A stretch of 64,000 nucleotides of DNA from a virus (taxonomy: Duplodnaviria > Caudoviricetes), in IMG/VR virus record IMGVR_UViG_3300005805_000001, positions 23,332 to 87,331 of that record, one strand, 5' to 3'. The translations under genes and the position numbers were made by a program. Positions 1 through 12,400 of this stretch are shown piece by piece. Under the pieces are notes generated by a model. That model was not told where the DNA came from and searched no databases. It saw only the letters and a program-made list of their open reading frames with translations. Within the stretch, counting starts at the first letter, position 1. Each line of letters opens with the position of its first letter.

Positions 1-8
1 CCAATGCA

Positions 9-1283
9 ATGCGTGAAAAATTTAAGAAATCTAAACAATCAAATGATGGATTATGGTCTTCAGCAATCATGAATAAAATTGATTTTGACAAGAATAAAAA
101 GGAACAGCAGGAAATGCAAAAGGCATCCAATGCTTATGGAAGGTTCATGGCAAAATACGGAGGCACCATTGAAAAAATGTATGCCTGTGGTGGCAAGACT
201 TATGGATGTGGAGGCATGACAAAATATGATGATGGAGGAGGAACTCCGTCATATCCATTGAACATGACAGGTCCAAGGGATATCCTTCCACTTATGTTTA
301 CAGATCCATATGTAGTTCCGGTAAATAACAACATCGGACTTACTTCTTCTATGATCGGCAGTTCATTGCCCCAAGGAGGATTGCAGTTATCCTTACCTTC
401 ATCAGGTGCTCCTGCCCTTCCAGCTGATTGGAACAGTGGAATGCGTTCAGGCGTATTAACCGAACCACGTTTAAACACTCCGGCAATGGGAAGTTCATTA
501 CCTCAGGGTTGGCAGTTACAAAACCCTTCTGCAGATGACGGTTGGAAATTGGATGCCAATCTTTCTCCTGCACGTGTTGATTTATTTGATGGACCTATGA
601 CCCTTATGGAACCTTTAGGACCTACAGGTAGCCAAGCACCAAGAGGACCTGTTGGAGACAGTGCTCGAAAAACCGAAATGGTATCAAGAAGGGATCCCAG
701 TGATTATCTTGGACAACAATATGGAATGAACCCCAGTGTGCTTGGACAGATAGCCCCAATGCTTCCGGCCCTTGGATTGGGTTTGGAAGCCGCATTGTCA
801 AAACCTTATCAGGTAAAGGCAAGTGACTACATGGTAAATGAGCGTTTAAAACCTGAAAAGATCAGTCCTAATTACCGTCCGATATATGAAGCTGAAAACC
901 GGGCTGCTTATGACATTGCACAAATGGCTCCAGGTTCAGGAGGATATCTTGCAGGGCGCACTGCCTTGAATGCAAATACAAAAAAGGTAATAGCTGATTA
1001 TAAAAAAGCGTTGGAAGATGAATATGTAAAACAAAAACTTGGTGCTGACCAGTTTAACATTACCAAGGATTTGCAGAATGCGCAAACCAAGTTGGCCGTT
1101 GATCAGTTCAACGAACAAAACAGGGCGGCACGTCGTAACGCAATGCGTGAACAGTTTGGTAAGAATCTTCCTGCAGCGTTCTTTAACCAGCAATACAACA
1201 ACATGGGAATGCAGGCAATTCAAGCCCAATATCCTAACCAGCAATTCAACTGGGGTATCTTTGGAAAGTCAAAACCTGTTTAA
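9..1283 (+). CDS. virion cargo/ejection protein, probably 5'-truncated by the window edge
   Basis: 424-aa ORF whose frame is open back to the window edge. It has GG-ending short repeats (MYACGG, TYGCGG, KYDDGG) and a Gln/Asn-rich helical C-terminus, and lies upstream of the vRNAP as crAss-like cargo genes do. Confidence 0.6.
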   Translation: MREKFKKSKQSNDGLWSSAIMNKIDFDKNKKEQQEMQKASNAYGRFMAKYGGTIEKMYACGGKTYGCGGMTKYDDGGGTPSYPLNMTGPRDILPLMFTDPYVVPVNNNIGLTSSMIGSSLPQGGLQLSLPSSGAPALPADWNSGMRSGVLTEPRLNTPAMGSSLPQGWQLQNPSADDGWKLDANLSPARVDLFDGPMTLMEPLGPTGSQAPRGPVGDSARKTEMVSRRDPSDYLGQQYGMNPSVLGQIAPMLPALGLGLEAALSKPYQVKASDYMVNERLKPEKISPNYRPIYEAENRAAYDIAQMAPGSGGYLAGRTALNANTKKVIADYKKALEDEYVKQKLGADQFNITKDLQNAQTKLAVDQFNEQNRAARRNAMREQFGKNLPAAFFNQQYNNMGMQAIQAQYPNQQFNWGIFGKSKPV

Positions 1284-1302
1284 TACGATAAAGACATAAC
1301 AC

Positions 1303-3396
1303 ATGGCATATTCTATTTGGGACAAACAACCTGAACTGGCATTACCGAAACTGCCTTTTGAACTGGTACTCTCGCTTGCCGAGATGACCCGTAAGAAACA
1401 GGAGGAAGCCGATACAACCGTAGACAAGATCAATGAATCCATGTTAAGCATTCCCGCCATCCCAGTGGATGTGCCGGGAAGGGACAAAAGGATAACTGAA
1501 CTTCAACAACAGATATACGACATCAGTGACATGTATTCCAATAACATGGCTCAGGCATTACCTGCCTTGAAGTCATTACAAAGGGAACTTAACAAGGAAA
1601 TGAGTATCGGATATCTAAGTGGAGTAAAAAAACGTCATACAGACATGGTCAAGAGTTTTGAAAACCTTGACCTGATGCAGAACGAATATATCAAAACAGG
1701 AGGCAAGCAAGGCATGTCTCCTGAGGACGTACAGGCTGTAAAAACCCGTGAACTTACCGATCCGAATTACAATGGTGCTCCAATACAACGCACTCCAAGT
1801 GGAGCATGGCAGTCTTATAACCAATATGAAAGGTTAAACACCTATAACTATTCTGACAAGGCAAATGAACTTGGCAAATGGCTAGGGGAACATCCTGAGA
1901 AAGTAACTCAACTTACAGGACTTTCATATTCTTCAAAAACAGGTTATTATGAACATGGTGATGTAACCAGGACGGTAATGACAGCTGAGGCCATTCAAAG
2001 GGCTTTGAAAACCTACTTTAGGAATGACCCCGAAGTTACAAAGTATGTTGACTGGCAGGCAGGAGTTTCAGGTAAACATGATGCTGCACGCAAATTACTT
2101 GCAGAAGGAGCGCAAAAAGGTTATATCCCTTCCTATGATGCGGCAGGTAACGAGATATCGGCTTATAATCCCGATACATGGATTAATCAGGTTTATACCC
2201 CTAGCTTGTATACAAAAGCTGATCAAGCCGCTGATGCGGTTGCCGCAGTATATCAAAGGAATGAGATTGACAGGAACAGGTCTTATGTATGGAATCAACT
2301 TGCAGAAGAAGGACGAAAGAGGGAAGAACAAATGGGTTATGCAATAGTAGGCCAGGCGCCTATGACTGCAGTTCCCGGAACTACTTTGGATCCTTCCATA
2401 TTTGATCCTAATGCAGGTGTGAAAACAGGCAAATATTTGTTTACCAGTAATCCTAGGACAGGAGAAGCCAGGTATCTTGATCCACAAGGAAACACAATTA
2501 CAAGGGAACAGTATGACAAGGCAATGGCTGCTCAAAAGGGAAATGTATCTTATATTGATTTAAAGGATCTTTCAGCGGCACAACAACAAAAAGTTTCATC
2601 GTATCTGCGTACCTTGTCAAAGAGTACTGACATGGGTGAAGCGGCAAAACGGATTATGGATGGAAAAGGTACGGATGCTGATAAGAAACTTGTATATCCT
2701 GCCTTGAAAAAAATGTCAGAGGCAGCCGTAGGAACCAATCAAATGAATTCCACGTTTACAACCATAAACGATAAACTTGAAATACCTTTGGTAAACCAGA
2801 TGTTAAGCGGACGTACTGATGAAGTCATATCCGTACAACAACTGGGCGCAGGACTTGCAGGTGACATGAAGGTGCGTTTACCTGATGGTCAATCCGTACC
2901 CTATAAGGATTTTGTCACTTACATAAAGAATAATGCCAAACCTGAATCACTTGTTTCAATCCCGGCCAAACTTCGTGGTGTAAATGCATTAACCAATGCT
3001 ACAGGAGACTTGTCGTTTGGAAATGCCTATCAAATGGTAATTGAAGGTGTTCCTTATTATCTGCATGGTGATTACCAGTTTACCACTGATAGTCCCAAAG
3101 GCAAGGCCAAGCAGGCTGAAAAAGTCACAAATGAATATACGGCAATGTTCGGTCAGGCACAAGCCACTCCTAGAGGTACTTCTACCGGTAATTATTTTGG
3201 AATACCCGTTGAATGGGTATACATGCCTGATGCAGGTGATCCAAACAAAGGGACATATAACCTTACAGGATTTGGAACGGATGCACAGGGTAACATCATG
3301 CCTGTGACACCCGGGGTGGGAACCCAGTATTCTTCTGCTGAAGAAATGGAAAGGGTTTTAAGAATACAGTTAAGTAACACATTAAACGGTAAATAA
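1303..3396 (+). CDS. virion-associated (ejection) protein
   Basis: 697-aa ORF tightly packed between the cargo gene and the vRNAP. Function is inferred from position only. Confidence 0.55.
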   Translation: MAYSIWDKQPELALPKLPFELVLSLAEMTRKKQEEADTTVDKINESMLSIPAIPVDVPGRDKRITELQQQIYDISDMYSNNMAQALPALKSLQRELNKEMSIGYLSGVKKRHTDMVKSFENLDLMQNEYIKTGGKQGMSPEDVQAVKTRELTDPNYNGAPIQRTPSGAWQSYNQYERLNTYNYSDKANELGKWLGEHPEKVTQLTGLSYSSKTGYYEHGDVTRTVMTAEAIQRALKTYFRNDPEVTKYVDWQAGVSGKHDAARKLLAEGAQKGYIPSYDAAGNEISAYNPDTWINQVYTPSLYTKADQAADAVAAVYQRNEIDRNRSYVWNQLAEEGRKREEQMGYAIVGQAPMTAVPGTTLDPSIFDPNAGVKTGKYLFTSNPRTGEARYLDPQGNTITREQYDKAMAAQKGNVSYIDLKDLSAAQQQKVSSYLRTLSKSTDMGEAAKRIMDGKGTDADKKLVYPALKKMSEAAVGTNQMNSTFTTINDKLEIPLVNQMLSGRTDEVISVQQLGAGLAGDMKVRLPDGQSVPYKDFVTYIKNNAKPESLVSIPAKLRGVNALTNATGDLSFGNAYQMVIEGVPYYLHGDYQFTTDSPKGKAKQAEKVTNEYTAMFGQAQATPRGTSTGNYFGIPVEWVYMPDAGDPNKGTYNLTGFGTDAQGNIMPVTPGVGTQYSSAEEMERVLRIQLSNTLNGK

Positions 3397-3400
3397 AGAA

Positions 3401-6400
3401 ATGGCGGATAGCAAACCTATTAACCCCGGAATAAGTTTTCAGGATTATGTACGATATACTGATCTTCGAAGGGACATTATTGCAGATCCTGTAAAAATAA
3501 AAGCTGAAAGTTCACAGTATGATGCGGGGTTCATATTACCCCAAGTCAACCCTGAACAGGCTTTAATGGACCATCGTGCAAATGCACAACCCTGGGAAGA
3601 CAAACTGGGTAATGGGTTGATGAACATGACTTCAAGCGCATTCACAGGTGCGCTTGAAAGTACCCTAGGACTTGTATATGGCGCAGGTGCGGCCCTTGCT
3701 TCAGGGGATGCTTCCAAATTCTATAACAACGAGTTTGGAAAAAGCATTGATGCATTTACCGAAGCGACACGTGAAAAATATCCGTTTTATTATTCAAAGG
3801 CGGAAGAGGATGCTTCTTTGCTAAGTTCACTTGGTACCGCTAATTTCTGGTATGACAAGGTTCTTGGAGGTGCGGGATATACGATAGGTTCAATGGTGAC
3901 AGGTATGGGTGCAGCCCGTGCATTCAACATTGGTAAGAACGCACGTCTTGCACAATTAAGTGCAGAGGCTTCCGCGGCTGAGACTGCAGGAAACCTTACG
4001 GCTGAGGCTGCAAAGTTTGCACGTTGGGACATGGGTAAGCAAGCTGCGCTTGGATTTACCATAGCGCACGGCGAGTCATCCATGGAAGCCCGTCAGACAT
4101 ACGAAGAGACTAAACAGAATTATGAGAAGTTGCGCAGTCTTGCACAGATGGATCCTTCCAATCCGGAGTATGCCGACTACCTTAATCTTTCAGACGAAAA
4201 GATAGAACAACTCGCATCTGATGCGGCTGATACCAATTATCTCATGAACCTTGCAGTCACAGGTCCTACCAACATGATGTTGCTTGGCAAATGGATCAAT
4301 CCCGGTAAACAGGCTGCAATAAGGACATACAATGAGATAGGCAAAAGGACTGCAGTGGACGGTGCTACCCAGTATTTTGACAAGGTCGTCACCCAGAAGG
4401 GCCGCGCCTTGCTTAATGTCGGAAGCAAGTTCATGAAGGGTTTTACCTTGGAAGGTTCACAGGAAGGACTGCAGTTCGCATCCAACAAAGCGGCTCAGGA
4501 ATTTGTAGAGCTACATGGTTTACAGGGACAGGACTGGTTTACTTCATTGACTACCGGTCTTGCGGAAGGATTGGGTGAAACACTTTCCACAAAGGAAGGT
4601 CTTGAAGCAATCCTTGTCGGAGGACTTGTCGGGGGACCTTTCGGTATGAGGGGAGCAGGTGCTGAACGCACTGCAAAGGATGCAAGGACCAAGATACTTG
4701 TGGACAAGTTGAACTCCGATCCTACGTTTGTACAAGCCAATCCACTTGTACAGAAGATGCTTGCATCGACCAATTCTGCAAACAATGCAGAAACATATTT
4801 GAAAAACGGTGACTTGTTCAATGCAAAAAACGCGGCTGACCAGTCACTAAACACATATATCAAAGGACAGATTGACGCAGGTACCACGGATTACTTTGTG
4901 GAACGACTTGAGTCAATCAAACAAATGGATCAGACGGAACGCGACAAGTTCTTTGGTCCGGGCACAACTCCTGCACAGGTTGACCAGGTGATAGACAAGG
5001 TCAGGAAACTTGAAGGTTTGTACAATTCCATTGAGACATTGTATGGAACTCCCGGTGGAACACCTGAACAAAAACAAAGAAACACAATGTTGCGTGAAAT
5101 GCTTTTCTTTTCTGCAAGCACCATCAAGGATGTTGAAGGACGGATGAGTAACATAGTGAAGGAACTTACTGCAATGGCTAATCCCCAGGTTGCTGCAATT
5201 ATTGCGGCACGTGAGATAGCGATCAATATGCAGAAAACCATTACACCTGAATCCGTACCGGCAGGAAAAGACTTTGAACAGTATCTTGCTGAAATGGAAG
5301 ACCAGGCGGTAAAAGGATACAATGCCCTTCTTACACAGTTTATAAAAGACAATCCTGTTGAAGCTTCGCAAACCACACAACTTTTTGCCGACCTTAACCA
5401 ATTGGATAAACGCAAACAGGAATTCATAAAGTATTACAATGAACTCAATGATCCTGAGAAAGCCGAAGCATTGCTGAAGAAGACGCAGGAAACACTTGAG
5501 AAGACCGGTGAAAGGCTTCAAATGGAAGCTGAAAGGGAAAAGGAAAAAAAGACCCAGGGAAGAACGGTTCTTCAGGATGTGGACACTTTCCTGCCTTTGA
5601 ACCCAGACAGGAAAAACGAGGTTACAAACAAAGGACAGGTTCTTGACATATCCAAGCTTTCAAACATACAGCTTGATGAAATGCAGAAGAACCTTCAACA
5701 GGAAGAAACACAGGGTACACAGGTTTTACCTGAACTGAAGGCCGCAATTGCAAAAGAGATAGAGTTCAGGACAACCACGGATCAAATACGTTTAGGTATA
5801 AAGGAAAGGCTTCTTGGAGCTGTTACACCTGAACAGGTTGACGACATAATTTCCCAGATAGCCAATGACGGTTCATTCAATGTGAATGCCCAGGAGATTG
5901 AGAAACTCAAGAAAAACCTGACAGAAGCCAATGAAGCCCGTATTGCACAAGAGGCCATTGCTGAAAACATGAAGAACAACTTCAAGGGTGTCAATGAGTT
6001 CTTTCATGTGTTTACCACTTCCGAAGAGGAAAAAAGACTTGTGGCACAGGTTACCTCAGACCCTGAACTCAAGAACAAAGTCTACTTCAAACTTTCCACC
6101 AATCCCAATCCAGGGACCATAAGTAACATAGGAAAGGCGGAAACAAACACCCTTAATCCGCGTCTGAAGAAGCAATCACCTAACATACTGATAGAGGTAT
6201 GGACAACCTTGCCTGACAATACGCAGGCAAGGATTGGAATGATGCCATGGTTCGGACAATATGTAAACAATGTAGGTAATCCGATAGACATACAGAACCT
6301 TACATTTGATGAATATGTAAACCTTTTCCTTCCCGGACTTGATAAGCAAAAAGCAGCGGAGTTCATTGCAAGTGATCCTTTGAAGTATGATCTTGAAGCA

Positions 6401-9400
6401 TTCAAGCGTGCACATGCCGACATGATGGACCTGTATGCAGGTGCGCAAAAACTCATGGAGAATGCAATTGCACGTCAATTGTCACCAGGTGAAACAAGGA
6501 GTCTTGTAGGTGTTAGCGTATCACAAGGTACGTATAATTTTGATGATGCCCCGTTGTCTGACTTCCTGAATGAAAGCACGGTGAACAAACCATTCGTATT
6601 GAATGGTACACCTGTAATCATATCCACTTCGACTTTTGACGGTTCAGTGGAGTTTAGACCGGGAAAGGAAATCCTGCCTACCATGACTGTTGCATCAGTT
6701 CTTGATGCTGATGGTAATCCGGTGGTATTGGATGTCAATGGTGTTGGAGGATTGCGTGCTGAACTTCTTCCTGCATTGAATGCCTTGAGTCAAAGGGTTA
6801 CACAGGCAAGGGTAGGTGAAAACATATACAACAAATACTGGATGATTGTGGAGGATCCACAAGGGACAGTAAAGATACCAGGTGTGGAAGGATCATTTGA
6901 TTGGAGGCCTGTAAGTCCGAAATCAATGACTCCACAACAAGTTGATGAAATACTCAATAACCTAAGGGCTACTGCTGAAAAGCACGCTACATTAAAAGAC
7001 GCCTCTGAAAAAGATAAAAACATGGCGGTATTGAGGAATATTTCAAACAAATTGTTCATAGCCGTTTCTTCGTTTGATGCCGTAAAATCCTTTAAGAACG
7101 TACAAATAGGATTCACATTGAGTCCTACAAATAAACTTACCTTGGAAGTTGACTTCAAGTTCAAGCCGGGTAATATGCCAAGAAATCAAGCCGAGACTGC
7201 AGATGTGAATCAAGGCAAGGTATACATGACCGTTCCTGATAATATACGCACTTCACAGGATTTAATAAACTGGTTTAACCAGGAGTTGCAAAAAGATCAG
7301 ACTCTTGTGTATAAACCCAGCATGGAGTCAAAGGGAACTGAAAGGGTTCCTTTTAGCATGAAAGGCAGGCTTGCTCCGATTACTCATACCAGCATGCGTA
7401 TGAATTTCAGTTCAGGATCTGCAGAACAACGTCGAGGTATAAGGGCAATCAATCCTACGAATGTGTGGGACAGTTTCTCTGTGAATGTAAGCAGGCTTAA
7501 TCCAAGGGTGGATCAAAAGGTTGTAGTACAACCTGTAAGGACTGCCGCTGGTGCCGCAATGGCCCAGATGGCAAGGACCTCTTCCACGCCACCTGTTACT
7601 GCCACACCGCAGACAGTCACACTTGCACCTGGACTTACATCAGGACAAGGTGAAGTCGCTCCTACAACTCCTGTTTCTACAGATATAATTACAGATAATA
7701 TATATAATAATTTTGTAGATAAAAACATAGTTCCTGAAAATGTTTTAAACTTTATTGCAGATAAAGTAATTAATAGATCTGCTTTATCACAAAAAGAGAT
7801 TGCAATATTTAATGGAAAAACATCTGAAATAAATAAAATAATTAGAAATAAAGCCGCTTTAGGCGCTCCTACAACTCCTGCCGCTCCAGCAGCCATAATG
7901 ACCATGGAACGTCTAAATCAGGTATGGGATGATATAAGGAACGGCAAACCTGTTGATTCATTTTTCAATGAGTTTAAGGAAGGTTATGGCAGTAAGTATC
8001 TTTTTGTCGAAGACTTAAAGGACTGGTTTGAAAACAAGACCAACACAAAGGTTGCAGTCACCACGACTCCAGGACGCATAGCGCCTAATGCCGCTGCTGC
8101 CCCTACCACTACAACTACAATTGATGCAGAAAAAGCCAAGATTACATCTTCAGAGTTTACAGAGTTAAAAAGACTGGCTAAGTTTTTTTTAGAGAATCCT
8201 AAAGAACCTACTGTATCAGGAAGTGTTGTTACAAGATACCCAACTTTGTTTAAAACTGTTACTGATATAGAAAAAAGAAGACAGAAAGAATTAGAGGGAG
8301 AAAAATATTTTGTAAAAACTAATGCAGAAGGACTCAAAGCTGCTAAAGAATTTGTTGATAGAGTTAATGCTAAATATGATGCAGAACTAGATGCTTTAGG
8401 TGCTGCTCCTGCACAGGAACGTCCTTCACGTAGAAAATCCGCGGGAGGTGATGCGTTCACAGGTGCCAACAGCATAGGTACTTATGATGAAGGTGAGGTT
8501 ATTGACCGTGAGACGGCGATAGAAAACATCAAAGGACTTCTTCCTGAGTTCATAAGCATAGGTGAACTTCTTCCGACACTCGAGGCTTTGCGTGATGGAA
8601 GGATCACATTCGGTTCATTTTACAACAACATGGTGCGCCTGGCATCAAAGCTTGTGAAGGGACGTGAATACCACGAGGCGTTCCACGCCGTGTTCCGTAC
8701 CATGTTCACCGATAAACAACTTGACGCACTTTACAAGGAAGCCAAGGCTTTGATGATAAGTGAGTTCAAGAAACAGGGAAAGACATTCGTACAAGCCTAT
8801 GCTGAATGGAAAGAGGATCGTATAGATTATGAAAGTCTTCCTGAAAGCATAAAGAAAGACCTCTTCATAGAGGAGTGGATGGCTGACGAGTATCCCAAAT
8901 GGAGGGAAGGCAAGTCAGTCGTGCCGAAGAAATCCACTACTCTATTGGGAAAGATATTCAATGCGATCAAAAGGTTTGCTGATTGGTTGACAGGCACGCC
9001 CACATTGGGAGAGGTCTTCCAATCCCTGGACGAAGGAAAGTTCAGCGGCGCAAAGAACCCTGTGATGAACAGGTTCACAAGCGGTAAGATTGATACCATG
9101 GCAAGGTCCCAGATATACGTGGGTAACAGAATGGGAACCAACGGTATAACATACGCGTCATACCTTGATCCTTCACTTGAGATGGTGCTTGTCAATACTA
9201 TTGCAAGTAGGGTGATGGAGGCTCAAAAGACAAATCCTGAAGCTCCAGCAGATTATCTCATTGAGATGGAAATACTTAAATTGGGTGACAAGTTCAATGT
9301 GGATGATCCAATTTATAATCCTATCGCTGACAATCCATCATACAATGATGTGTTTGAAAAAGTTCAGGATCTTGACTTCCTGTTCAATGATAACACTGAA

Positions 9401-12400
9401 CATGCGATTGAAGTCACAAAAATGATTGACGGCAAACAGACCGTTGTGACTGAAAAGCGTAACTTCGGAAAGGAAGCACGCACCATGTTCAAGGACAAGA
9501 TAAAAAAGCAATTGGATGAATACTCGGTTGATGATTATTCATTCGATGCGAATGAGGATAATGCGGATGGTGAAAGCAATACCACTGAAAGGAACTTCGA
9601 CCAGAACTTTGAGAACAAGGGAGGCTTCACAAGTCTTTCACAGTTCCTCCGCAAATACATAGGACAGACAACATACAATACCACACTTGACGAATTCTTC
9701 GGTCTTGAACCTGGAAGTGTCTTTGGTGGTGAGGTGATAACCGTCGCTGTGAATCCAAAGAAAGTATACAACGGCCTTACAAAGCTTACGGCAAACCAGT
9801 TATCACCTGAGAAAGTGTTGCGTAAACTTGCATACGCGGCACGTGAAAGTTCAGAGTCAGGAAGGTTTGCAGGAAAGTTTCTTGAAGAAGCAGGTATAAG
9901 TTTTGACCAGAACGGCGTACTTACATACGACAAGGATAAGACAGCCTTGATACAAAGTGTCGTAAAAGGGTTTTCCAATGTTAGATTGAATTACCTCTTT
10001 ACACAGTTTGACCGTTTTTATGGAAAAGAGGAACAACCTTTTGCACGTGTGTTCATGGCCAATACAAGGGGCATGGATGTGCAACAGCTTGAAGCCTGGA
10101 GTAACCAGTTTAATGTTCTTACAAAAAGAAACGGTAAGACAGAGATGACAAGGCGTGCAGAGAATGTACGCGGCATGCAGCATCTTGAACTTACTTCAAG
10201 GATAGATGATGCAGTTGTTGAACAAGTGGTTACTGCACTTAAGTCGGATCTTGAAGGGCTTGGCATAAGCCTTTCAAGGATGTACCTTAAATACCTTGTC
10301 CTTCAAAACAGGGTACAAAAGAGTGAAGCCCAAAGACAATTCATAGAGGAATTTGAAAAAGAGGTGCAAGTCAATGCAAAGGATGTCCATGAGTCATTGA
10401 TACGTGTCGTACAATCCATTGCAAAAGGAGGGGTTCCCTTTGAAAGAAAGCAGGAAAAACCTTCCGAAGAAGACATGTCTGCAGTGACACGTCTACGCAA
10501 AATAGCAATGGATAATGCCGTGTTTGACGAGAATGTGAGCATCACCACAATGGTGAATGCAGACGGCAAGAACATCTATCCTTACCAGAAAGCCAACTAC
10601 CATGTGCAGCGCATGTTGGAGTTGCAAGAGATTGACTTTACCCAGACTGATGAGGATGGCAACCTGTTGTATCCTTCCGAAGTGCATTCGGAACAACCGA
10701 ACCAGGATTATGTGCTAAACAACTATCTTCTGAACAATCCGGATTTCCGTGAAATGCTGAAGTCTGCAAAGATTGACAGGATTGACGGGATGAAGCAGAC
10801 CACTCTTGAAGAAAGAGGCGGTGACCTGAAGGTTGTCATGGATGGAAAGGACCGTGAAGGGGCGACATATGGTGGAATGACCGAGCGTGAATTGATGCTG
10901 CAGTTCTATTCTCTTTTTGCTGATTCATCAACTGATACCAAGGTTAATTTTACAATGCCTGACGGCAGTGTGGAAAGAAGGAATGTCCCTTCGAGAAGAA
11001 TGGCATTCAACATAATGGAGGCATCCAACACGCTTGATGTGTTGAACATGCCTGTGCAAACAGTGTATCAGAACGGTAAACTGACTGACAAGTTCAAACA
11101 GGCTGTAATTGACAACATAGCCAGGGAACTGAACAGGATAAACAAGGTTCGCGCAGGTGAATATGTTGACATCAATGGTAATCCCATTGACTATGTCAAC
11201 TTCAATTCATATAACAGTGCCGACAAACTCCGTGGACTAAAGTTCTGGGAGAATGAAAGATTGTTAAGTTCAATAGGCATAAAGAACCAGCTTGAATCAG
11301 GTGAGATTTCACTTGAAGAAGCCTTGCCTATAATCCTGGACGGTATGGACACGTTCTTTAACAATGAACTTGCCGAACACATGGAAGCATTGAAGGATGC
11401 GGGCATATTGAAGGAAGACGGTACAAACCGTTTGTTACCTGGAAAGTTCACAGGCATAGGCATAGTCGACAGCACAGGTAAAAGTGATACCATGTTTTCC
11501 ACGGTAATGACGGACAACATAGGTAATGCTTATTTCAACATGTACCTTAATGCCACGGCGATAGACCAGATCCTGATGGGAGATCCCGCATTGACCTTGA
11601 AGGATTCCACAGACTGGTTCAAACGTGCAAAAGGTAATAACGCCGCAGGAGACAACATGTTGCATTTTGATCCTGCTAACAACGCTCCTGTGAAGACACT
11701 TGTATTTGGAAGAGAGACTGACAAGGGCACGTTTGATGACTTTGTCAACACGGACTATGTCAAAGAGGAACGCATATACAAAAAAGGTTCAAAGGAATAC
11801 AATGATTTTGCCGCCAGTCTTCCAGAGGAAGAACGTGAAGCATTTCTTGCAAAAGACGCTGAAGAAATAAAGGTGGGTGATGCCCAGGCATACACTAGTG
11901 TTGCAGGTATGTTGAGGTTCCAGACAAACCTTGGTCGCATGACAACCAGGGGTGAGGCAATCTACAAGTCCATAATGGATGGAAAGAAACTCACCCAAGA
12001 AGACTGGGAATACCTGAAAGACAATGGGTTGATGTTGAACTCACAAAAGTTCGTGTATTATGACGGCGTAACATACGTCAAGATGTCCATAGTGCCTTTG
12101 ACTCCCGAGTATACAACCACTCCTGCAGGCACACCCATCAAGGGAATGGAATTCCTCCATAACCTGAGGATTCAAATGGAGGCCAACAACATTGAGATGG
12201 CTGGACAACCTTCAATGATGAAGAAGATGATCCGCAATCCCTTGGTGATTGGCGAAGGACAGACTGACTTTGTGATAAGTCCTGAGAATGTGATTGACCT
12301 TGATTTGCGTTACTTGAGACTGCAACAGGAAAATCCTTCCAACAAAACAACCATCAAGGATCCCACACAGATGATACATCTGATTGCGGCTGAACAGGAT

